Source: the human T2T-CHM13v2.0 reference genome, Homo sapiens. From it: a stretch of 64,000 nt of DNA. The notes below the pieces were generated by a model that saw only the letters and a list, made by a program, of their open reading frames with translations, was not told the DNA's origin and did not search any database. Positions 53,255 through 64,000 of the stretch are shown one piece after another. The stretch lies in the NCBI RefSeq assembly GCF_009914755.1, contig NC_060925.1. The stretch is one strand, 5' to 3'. The position numbers and the translations under genes were made by a program. Within the stretch, counting starts at the first letter, position 1; each line of letters starts with the position of its first letter.

Positions 53255-54484
53255 ATAAGCTTGAGGAACATAAAGTCAATGGAGTGTCCAGTCCCTCAGA
53301 GAGAACAGGGTGGCAGATTAAGACAACTGGGCATATTCTTTCTGACTCAGTGAGTCTTTTCTGCATGACTTCCTAAGATTGTATATTTTATGTTGAGAGC
53401 TCTAGAGATTGGGAATACAGTAAAGATATGGTAAATTGGGGACCTACTGGAGGGTAGAATATGTATTTAATCAACCCAAACTTGAGCCTCTGTGCTGGCT
53501 TTTGTAGTTGGAACTAAAGATAAGTTGATGAGGAAAATGAAGCGCCTGAGATCAAGAGGTGGTAGAGAGAAGTAAATAAGCATTTTTAATTTCACAGTTA
53601 TATAAAAAGTTCAATGGTAGGAGTAACAAGTTGGTGCCATGGCAACCCAAAAGGGGCATCTCACCAAGCCTCAGAAAGTCAGGAACCAGGACATCTTAAG
53701 GATGAGCAGGATTTGGTAGACAAAGGATAGAAGGTGAGGAAGCAGGGTTGTTTTAAGAAGTCTTTGTCCCCTGCAAAAGGGCCCTCAGTCAAGAGAATAC
53801 TAGTTGACAACCCAGGGAACGTTGTATTTGACCATATATTTGGGGATAAACTTTGAAATCTTGTTGAAAGGCCATAATAAAAACAAAATTAGGATGCATG
53901 TTTTGTGCCCTTTCTAGTTCTCTGTTCCAAAGAGAAGATGTTTCCTGTTGAGCAGACTTATGCTATTTCTAGTAATATTAATTACTTTCATCCTGTTGTG
54001 GGACCTCTGCCATCCATGTATTATGATTTCAATTTTTAATTTGAATAATTGTATTTATCCATTTTTGAATACATGATGAATTTACATAAAATGTTGAAGA
54101 CATATATGATGTAGAGTTACCCTCTCATTTCTCACCTTAACTATTCAGTTCCATTCCTGGTATGACCAGGATACTAGTATATTTTTTATTTTTCCAGAGG
54201 GAGCTAATAATGTACACACATATTCATTAGTTCCTAAATTAAGTGGTAGCAGCATACTTTCTGCATCTTTTTTTTTTCTAATGCTATATCTTGGATACTT
54301 TCTCATAGTAGTACAAATAAAGCTTCCTTTTTCATTTTAGTGACTGTAGAATATTCCTTTGAAAGTATGTCCCAAAATTTACCTCATCGGTAAGTGACAG
54401 ATATATATATATTTATATACCAAATATATACCAGATATATTTATATTTATATACCAAATATAAAAATAAAATATATATATTTAG

Positions 54485-54886
54485 TTTCACTCGTGTCTGT
54501 GTGAAGAGACCACCAAACAGGCTTTGTGTGAGCAATAAAGCTTTTTAATCACCTGGGTGCAGGCTGGCTGAGTCCGAAAAGACAGTCAGTGAAGGGAGAT
54601 AGGGTTGGGACCATTTTACAGGATTTGGGTTGGTAAAGGAAAATTACAGTCAAAGGGGGTTGTTCTCTGGCGGGCAGAGGTGGGTGTCACAAGTTGCTTA
54701 GTGGGGGAGCTTTTGAGCCAGGATGAGCCAGGAGAAGGAATTTCACAAGGTAATGTCATCAGTTAAGGCAGGAACAGGCCATTTTCACTTCTTTTGTGAT
54801 TCTTCACTTGCTTCAGGCCATCTGGACGTATGTACATGCAGGTCACAGGGGATATGATGGCTTAGCTTGGGCTCAGAGGCCTGACA
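54485..54886 (-). mobile_element. LTR7 (HERV-H) solo LTR
   Basis: Minus strand TGTCAGGCCTCTGAGCCCAAG...GAGTGAAA; 5-bp TSD TTTAG; ATTAAA poly(A) signal at 54549-54544. Confidence 0.92.
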
Positions 54887-55539
54887 TTTAGTATATTTAC
54901 TAAATAGATATAAAATATATTTACTAACTATAAGTATATATTTACTAAACATATACATTTATATTTATATGTACTATATAAATACCCAATAGTAGAATTG
55001 CTAGACAAAATGTATGTACATTAAAATTTTGATATACAATTCCAACAGATCACTCTCACTAGCCAATATGAGACACAGTCAATTTCCCTAACTCTGTGCC
55101 AGCTCACTGTCCTGTTCTTCCTATGACAGAGTTGAAACAAGAACCTTATAGTTTTCCTTTGAACAACTTTTATTGTTAGTAAAATTCAACATTTTTAATC
55201 TCATATTTTTGTCTATTTAAAAAATGTGGCGTTAATAACATTCAAGCCAAGAGCCAAATCAGGAATGCAATCCCATTCACAATTGCCACAAGAAGACTAA
55301 AATACCTAAAAATACAGCTAACCAAGGAAGCAAAAGATATATATAATGAGAATTACAAGATACCCCTGAAAGAAATAAGAGATGTCACAAACAAATGGAA
55401 AAACATTCCATGCTCATGAATAGGAGCACAGCTTTGTAAATAAAGGACATAGGGTGAGGAAGCCGGGTTGTTTTAAGAAGCCTGTGTCCCCTGTGAAAAG
55501 GCCCATGGCATATCTTGTAGAATTACAAGGAGTTCATTC

Positions 55540-56310
<771 letters not shown>

Positions 56311-56978
56311 ATTCTAGCTGCAAGTTTTGAGCACTAGACAGCAGAAATAAATTCCTAAAATGTTGAGTTGAGCAAATAGTTCAATGCTATCCCTATCAAA
56401 CTACCAATGACATTCTTCACAGAATTAGAAACTACTTTAAAATTCATATGGAACCAAAAAAGAGCCTAGCCAAGGCAATCCTAAACATAAAGAACAAAAG
56501 GGGAGGCATCAAGTTACCAAACCTCAAACCATACTACAGAGCTACAGTAACCAAAACAGCATGGTATTAGTAGAAAAACAGACACACAGATAAATGGAAC
56601 ATAACAGAGAGTCCAGAAATAATGCTGTACACCTACAATCATCTGATCTTGGACAAAGCTGACAAAAACAAGCAATGGGGAAAGAAGTCCCCATTTAATA
56701 AATGGTGCTGGGATTACTGGCTAGCCATATGCAGAAGATTGAAACTGGGCCCCCAGCTTACTCTGCATACAAAAATCAACTTAAGAAGGATTAAAGACTT
56801 AAATATAAAACATTAAACTATAAAAACTCTGAAAAATAACCTAAGAAATACCATTCTGGACATAAGACTTGGCTAAAATTTCATGATGAAGATAACATAA
56901 GCAATTGCAGCAAAAACAAAAACTGACAAAGGAGATCTAATTAAATTAAAGAGCTTCTGCACATCAAAAGAAACTATT

Positions 56979-57282
56979 GGCCAGATGTGGTGGCTCATGC
57001 CTAAATCCCAGTACTTTGGGAGGCTGAAGCAGGCAGATTGCTTGAGCTCAGTAGTTCAAGACCAGCTTGGGCAACATGGAAAAACACATCTCTACAAACA
57101 AATACAAAAAATTAACTGGTCTTGGGTGTAAGCACCTGTAGTCCCAGCTATGTGGGGGGTTGAGGTGAAAGGACTGCTTGAGCCTGGGAGGTTGAGGCTA
57201 CAATGACCCATGTTTGTGCTACTGCACTCCAGCCTGGGTGTCAAAGTGAGACCCTGTTTCAAAAAACAAAAACAAAACAAAA
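56979..57282 (+). mobile_element. AluJ-like
   Basis: Diverged Alu (ggactgcttgagcctgggagg). Confidence 0.88.
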
Positions 57283-58634
57283 TGAAACAATTAACAAAGT
57301 AACAGACAACCTACAGAATGGTAGAAAATATTTGCCAACTATGCATCCAACAAAGATCTAATATCCAGAATCTATAAGAAGCTTCAAAAAATTTACAAGC
57401 GAAAAACAAGCAACCCCATTAAAAAGAAAGTGGGCAAAGAACATGAACACATTTCAAAAGAAGACATATATGCATTTAAAAAGCATATAAAAATCACTCA
57501 TCATCACTAATCACTACAGAAGTGCATACCATCTCACACCAGTCAGAATGGCTGTTACTAGAAAGTCAATAAATAACAGATGCTGGCAAGGTTGTGGAGA
57601 AAATGGAACACATACACTGTTGGTGGGAGTGTAAATTAGTTTAGCCACTGTGGAAAGCAGGTTGGTGATTCCTCAAAGAACTCAGAATTACCATTCAACT
57701 CAGCAATCCCATTATTCCCAAAGGAATGCATATCCCAAGGAAATATAAATCATTGTACCATAAAGGCACATGCACGTGTATGTCCATTGCAGCACTGTTC
57801 ACAATAGCAAAGATAAGGAATCAACCTAAATGTGCATTAATAATAGGCTGGATAATGAAAATGTGGTATATACAAACACCATGGAATACTATGCAGCCAT
57901 AAAAAACAACAAGATCATGTCCTCTGTAGCAATATGGATGGAGCTGGAAGCCATTATCATAAGCAAACTAACACAGGAACAGAAACCCAAATACCACATG
58001 TTCTCACTTATAAATGGGGGCCAAACAAAGAGAACACATGGATACTCAGAGGAGAACAAGAGACACTGGGGTCTACTTGAGGGTGTAGGTTGGGAGGAGG
58101 GAGAAGATCAGAAAAAAACCTATTGGGTATTATGATTAATAATTGTGTGATAAAATTATCTGCACACCAAACCCCCATGACATGCAGTTTACCTATGTAA
58201 CAAACCTGCACATATACCCCTGAATCTAAAATAAAAGTTAAAAAAATTAAAAATTGTGGAGCTGCTCTCTTCTCATTAATCGGCAAGAGCTAGTCATAAC
58301 TGAAATTATTTCTGTGACTATAATATAAATTGCAAATGGTTAATGGCTTCTTAATCTTACCAGTTGTCTTTTTGCTTTCCTTAAATCTTTTCTAGGAATA
58401 ATGTCACTACTTCTGACTTGTTTCCCATGTTTATAAATTATTAGTTCAATCAAAATTAAGTTTGTTTTTTGTGGATGTCAGGCCCTGATATTCTTTGATA
58501 ATCACTTTTTAATTTTAAACTTTTCTTGAATGAAACTGCTATAACACTTATACTTACAAAATGAGCAACAGTGTTATGTTATTAAAATAAAATAAACCTC
58601 ATTTTATATTTTCTTACCTGGAATATTCAGGCTC

Positions 58635-58850
58635 TTAAATACGTGAGCCAAGATATTTTGTCCCTACTCCAAGTAGCTTGGAAGCCCCAGGTAGAGTGAC
58701 AATCATTATGTTGCTAGCCATGTCAAGGATCTTTAAGAGCCTTAACTGTTCATTTTTAGTGCTTTCAATTTTTTCTTTCAGTTGATTAATCTCTTTATTT
58801 AACTGCTCAGATTTCTTTTGAAATTCTTCCTTAAGCATTTCTTCTTGTAC
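58635..58850 (-). CDS. GBP4: GBP4 last exon coding part (VQEEMLKEEF...LGSRI*)
   Basis: ttttatag|GTAC; TAA at 58637-58635; C-terminus matches human GBP4. Confidence 0.95.
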   Translation of the reverse strand, partial: VQEEMLKEEFQKKSEQLNKEINQLKEKIESTKNEQLRLLKILDMASNIMIVTLPGASKLLGVGTKYLGSRI

Positions 58851-59713
58851 CTATAAAAGGGAAATAGTCCACTTTTGAAAATCTCCAATTTTCTTCAGGA
58901 GTCAGAGTTTTGTATTTAACTAATTCAACGTTTAAGCATATGTGTCTATTTCTCTATTATCTTAGAAAACGCTTTGATGAATTTGTGTAACATTTCCAGA
59001 TGATTGGACCTGAATCATGGGAGTATACATGGTTTACCTTTTGTGACATTCCCTAAGCAACATCTCACTGGAGGTAGAAAGAAATTTTGTTCCAGCACAA
59101 AGAATGCCCTTCGAGAGGGAATGCAGGTTTAATTCTAATTAATTCTAATTTCCACTGGTGTAGCAAGGCCATGCTCATCTAGCAAATAACGGGGGACTGC
59201 TGACCCTGTATAAAACATTGGTTGTCAAGCTTCAGGTTGGGACAAGGAATATGTTTTACTCTAGTTGTATAGGATGAATCAGGCAGATACAGAAACAAAT
59301 GGAGCAATTTGTGATCTTTCAGTATCATTTCATATCAAGCCAAATCTGATACTTTCATCCAGATGGATCTATTTCAGGTACTTTAGATGGTTGTGCCAAA
59401 AATCGCAAGGATTGGTGGACTAAGGTCCTATTTCATTGGGGCACAGTGAGACCATCCTGTAGTCACCACAAACAGCAGCCTGGGACCCTGGGAGATGTCA
59501 TGTGTACTCTCCAAAGTCTAACAAGAAGAAGATGGTGGATTCTTGTAGACTTTCGGGCTTCAGTAGAATTTAGATGTATTTGAGATTTTAGTGAAACATA
59601 CAACTTTTGTGTTTCCTTCTGGAATCATGACTGTGCCTAAAATTTTGGTCCTTCCTTTCCTAAAGAAGCAGGGCATTGTCCCTCAGGCACTGCCATTCTT
59701 CACGGAGACTCAC

Positions 59714-59907
59714 CTTCAGCTTGTGTTTTAGCAGCCTTTCATGCTCTCTGAGAAGGTTTTCCCTTTCCCTCTCCATCTTCTTCTTGAGTTGAGCTATGTT
59801 TTCCTGGAAGCTTCTCTCTTGAGCCTCCATCATTTGCTGCTGCTCCTTCTGTTTTTCTCTTAGCAGCTCCTGTTCCTTCTCAGCTGCTTCCTTCATGGCC
59901 CGCTCCG
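59714..59907 (-). CDS. GBP4: GBP4 exon 10
   Basis: gaatag|CGGAG ... AAG|gtgagt; 194 nt. Confidence 0.95.
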
Positions 59908-60380
59908 CTATTCCACAAAGGTTTTAGAGAGGGAAGAAAATGACAGTTATTCCTGAGTTCTACCCTCCTGAGCTCAGATCAAACTGACTCGGAGAAAAGC
60001 ACAAAGGTGAGGGATTGGGAATCTCTGAATTATCTCACTAGCCATGTCTGGAAGAGAATGTTGAATAATGTGATGCGAAGGCACTGGCTGGAGGTTCAAC
60101 CCCAATCTCCTTGCGATTTTGAGATTTAGCAGAGTATATGTTCTATAGTGGGAGGAAGCTCCCTCCTCTATAGTAAGAGAAAGCAAATTCCAAGTATACA
60201 ATATATTTTTTAACTATAGTCGCTGTGCTGTACATTTGGTATCCAGAACTTATTAATATTTTAACTCAATGTTTGTGACTTTTGAAGCTCCTTTTAACTG
60301 GAATATCTTTCAGTGTGATCAGCAAGAAGGCATTGCAGGAAACTCCCAATCCCTCTGATAGCTGAGCCCTGCCCCTGTAC

Positions 60381-60483
60381 CTGCTATGGCCTTCTCTCCA
60401 GCAGTGAGGGCTTTGTCTGACTGCAGGATGGATTCCTCTACAACCACCTGTGACTGCAGGAAGTTCTGGAGGACCTCGTTTGC
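60381..60483 (-). CDS. GBP4: GBP4 exon 9
   Basis: ctcag|GCAAAC ... GCAG|gtacag; 103 nt; ANEVLQNFLQSQVVVEES. Confidence 0.95.
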
Positions 60484-60675
60484 CTGAGGAACCAAGAAAG
60501 AGCAAAGACCTGTCAGGCAGCAAAGGTCTCATCTTATGATGGCGAAATTATTGTTCAATAAAGTCACAAATCTAACCCTGTAAACTTTGCATAATTCTTA
60601 AGATCCAGTGGTTTCTTTTCTTCCACAGCCACAAGAAGTCCAAGCTCTTTGTTAAGTCATAAAAACCCTGTGCAG

Positions 60676-60723
60676 CAGCCTCCCTCCTGCCTGTCCAGCC
60701 TCCCTCCTGCCTGTCCAGCCTCC
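60676..60723. repeat. 20-bp tandem duplication (cagcctccctcctgcctgtc x2.4)
   Basis: Single copy in the GBP7 paralog at ~15216-15241. Confidence 0.9.
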
Positions 60724-61959
60724 TCTCCCAGGGATGCTGCTCACCACCCACCCCCGGTGCAGACAACCCGACAACATAAATGGGCAGTTCTACAAATACA
60801 CATTCTCAGTTTTTGATTTGACATCAAAAGCACAGGCAACAAGTGCAAAAATAAGTGGGACTACATCAAACTAAAAATTTCTGCAAAGAAAATAATCAGT
60901 AAAATGAAAAAGAATTTTCTTCCATACAGAATGGAAGAAAACACTTGCACACCATAAATCTGATACTGGGTTAATATCTAAAATACAAAAGGAAATCATA
61001 TAACTAAATAGCAAAAATAAACACTCAAAAAACCAATAAATATATTAAAAAATGAGCAAAGAAACTAAATAGACTTTCGTCAAAAGAAGACCTGGCCAAC
61101 AGGTATGTGAAAGCATGGTCAACATCACTAATCATCAGGGAAATGCAAATCAAAACCACAGTGACATTTTATCTCACACATTTTAGAATGATAATTATCC
61201 AATAGTCAAAAGATAGCAAGTGTTGGCAAAGATATGGAGAAAAGGGAATTCTTGGAAACTGTTTGTAGGAACAGAAATTGGTACAGTCCTCATGGAACAC
61301 AGGACAAAAGTTTCCTCAAAAGGAAAAATTCTGAGTTTCCAATGGCTGTCAAGTACATAGGTCAGCCCTATCAGCTCCACCACTTGCTGGCTGTGTTGTC
61401 TTAGGCACTTTATTAACTTCTCCATGCATTACATTTCTCAACTGCCTATGTGGACGATAGTGGTACCTAATTTACATTATTCCGAGAATCAAACTGATAA
61501 TCCAACAAAATCACTTCCTCTGATATAGGAAGTGAATCATCAAGATCATCATCATCATCATCATATTAGTACATACCAGTACGATAACCGTAATTGTACC
61601 CTATCCAGTCAAATATTAATTTGTCCATCTCAGGTAAAATAATACACTTCTGAAAACATAGTTGTTTGCTTCATAAGGTATCCTCTGCACTTAGCACAAA
61701 AACTATCCCATTAATTAATAAATATAATAAATGGGTTGTTTCATCTGGATTCATGATGTTAAATCCTCTTGGAGAAGAAATATTTCTGATTTCTTAAGAG
61801 TGTCTAACTAACTGTGGATTTAAATACTAAAAAACTCAAAATAGCATCATGTTCTGCTTCCTCTCCACAAATGGTGCTATATTCTTAGATTTTCAGAAGG
61901 GGCAACAAAAACCCTCTGACTATCCTCTGTTATCCATCCCCCATTCCCCTTTTCCTCAC

Positions 61960-62172
61960 CTTAACTCCTTTTCTGGGCACTAGCTTATAGTCCCACTCAA
62001 CCTGTTTCTTTTCTTCTAAGTAGAGATTGTGTCCTCCAGGAACAGAGAAAATTCCTCTCAAAATGCTTTCTGTCAGGTGCTCTGAAAGCCGCTTAAGCTC
62101 AGCCTGGCAATATTTGGCAGATGCCTCTTCATTCTGCAGCACAAAGTCTCCCTTCTTTTTCTCTATGGTGTC
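61960..62172 (-). CDS. GBP4: GBP4 exon 8
   Basis: ggcag|GACACC ... AAG|gtgagg; 213 nt. Confidence 0.95.
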
Positions 62173-63415
62173 CTGCCAGAAAAATGTAGAGAAAACAGTA
62201 GAAAGAAGCTGTTAGAAGGGAAGGTCCAACTGTGATCCTCTTGGAAGAAGTAGTCTGAAGGCCTCAGAGTGGACTGGGATATGGTGTAGACCAAGAGTCA
62301 CAAGAATGATTTTGTTCCCAACTATGTGATCTGTGTGACCTGTGGAAAGCCCTTTAACCCCCCAGGGGTCAGGCTCAATATCTGTAAATTTATGTGGTTA
62401 GAAGACATAAACTCTATGGTTCTTTTAGGTATAGTATGATTAATAGGGATCCAACCTCCAGTAATGAGCAGTAAAAAGTTGAATTCTGGCTGGAAGCAAA
62501 ATTTCCCCAGAAAACATAGGTTGCTATGTATAAAAAATATACATATGGCAAATCAACTTCACAGTAATGAATTAAGCATATTCTGATGAGAAAAATGAAC
62601 CATCTGTGTATTTCTTCAATGAGAGTTTGGATATGTGAGGATACAGGAACAGAATTTTCTTTTGTTTGTATTTGTAAGTTACAATCCAGTTGCATTTTAT
62701 CACTATGAATTAAGAGATTATTGTCACTTTTAGGTCAGTCTGAGACAGACTGAAAGACAAACTTTCAGTAAACATGCCTATGGTAAGTAGATTTAAGATG
62801 TCCCATAAGGTTTCTCACTCCTTGGTATCCACACCTGCATAGTTCCTGGGCCTATGAATATGATAGATACTAATCCTGTGATTAGATTATGTTGTGTAGC
62901 ACAAGTTGACTTTGAGAAATGGAGTGTGCCCTGTTGGGCATGACCTAATCACATGAGCCCCTTAAAAGTGGTTTTCTCTAGCTGGTGTGAGAAGAGGAAT
63001 TCAGTGAAATTAGAAACATAAGGATTTCATGCATCATTGCTGACTTGAAGATGGATGGGTTTACCCAGAGCCTCTATATGAAATCTAAGCCTCTTTGACA
63101 CCTTGTTTTCAGCCTGTGGCACACTGAGCAGAGTACCCAGACACCCTGATAAGGACTTCTGACCTACATAACTATGAGCTAATAACGTGTGTTGTTTTAA
63201 GCTGCTAAACTCATGATAATTTCTTTTGCAGCAATAGAAAAAAAAAGTGACAATCCTCTAGAAGAAGGGTGACCTATAGCCCATAGAGCCCTGTTATTCA
63301 CAAGAAACCATGGTCTTTCCACAGTGGTAAGGAGATGAACCATGGGGTCAAAAAGCTACACTTTATGCATCATTTCGGAAGGGCAGAAATCAGGAAGGAT
63401 AAATGCTAAAAGTAC

Positions 63416-63696
63416 CACAAGCTTCTTCTGGAATTCATGGTTTTCATCCTTGAAGGAGTGCTCCATGAAGACTGCAATGGCTTCCCTCTCACAGGCTGCA
63501 TGCACGTCCAGCAGCTCCTGGAGCGTGTCTGTGGGGAGCCTCAGTTGCTGGGCCATCTGCTGGCTATAGTGGTCGGCTGCCCTCTGCACAGCCGCTGGGT
63601 TCTCAAGCTGGGCCAGTGCTGTCACTGCATTCTCCAGACAAGGTACTGCTCCACTGTTGATGGCATCTACATAAGTCACCACCAGAGTCCCCAGCC
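63416..63696 (-). CDS. GBP4: GBP4 exon 7 (gene continues beyond the window)
   Basis: attcag|GGCTG ... GTG|gtactt; 281 nt; LGTLVVTYVDAINSGAVPCLENAV. Confidence 0.95.
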
Positions 63697-64000
63697 CTGA
63701 ATCACATATATTTAGGGAAAATTTACAGTTCTTACTCATTATTTATACAAGTTTTAAGAGTCAGCATTCTAAAAATTACAAAAATTCTAATTATCTTGAA
63801 GTTTCTTATCACTCCTTTATTCTCTTCCTCCTCCTTTTTCATCTTCCTCTATGAATTCAACTCTTTATAATAACATCCCTATTTTTCCTATTCACTCTTT
63901 TTTATGGCTCTTGGATTCACATTACAAAATTAAATTACTCATTGCAACCAATATGTTTTTGTGTTTTATGGAAAAATACATTTCCATTTAAATACCATAT

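Overview
Human (primate) genomic DNA from the guanylate-binding protein (GBP) cluster; all genes are on the minus strand. The window holds the complete GBP7 gene: non-coding exon 1 at ~49300-49430 and ten coding exons from 45313 to 5518, which sum to 1917 nt (638 aa + stop). It also holds the last five exons and long 3' UTR of GBP4 (63696-58635 and beyond) and, at the left edge, an LTR12C solo LTR pointing toward the next gene, inferred to be GBP2 (outside the window). Most other sequence is L1, Alu, MaLR and ERV1. This is a well-studied locus, not a new gene system, but comparing its two internal paralogous copies shows fine structure. (1) GBP7 looks chimeric, with a GBP1/2-type promoter and exon 2 on a GBP4-type body, and its interferon elements have decayed. 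(2) GBP7 intron 4 is U12-type. (3) GBP4 exon 10 carries a GBP7-identical tract (candidate gene conversion). (4) A 20-nt inverted copy of exon 3 sits in an intronic LTR. (5) There are two apparent L1-mediated retroposed unique segments. (6) The GBP4 3' UTR was rebuilt by L1, Alu and LTR7 insertions. Repeat subfamily names are recalled from consensus features, not RepeatMasker output.
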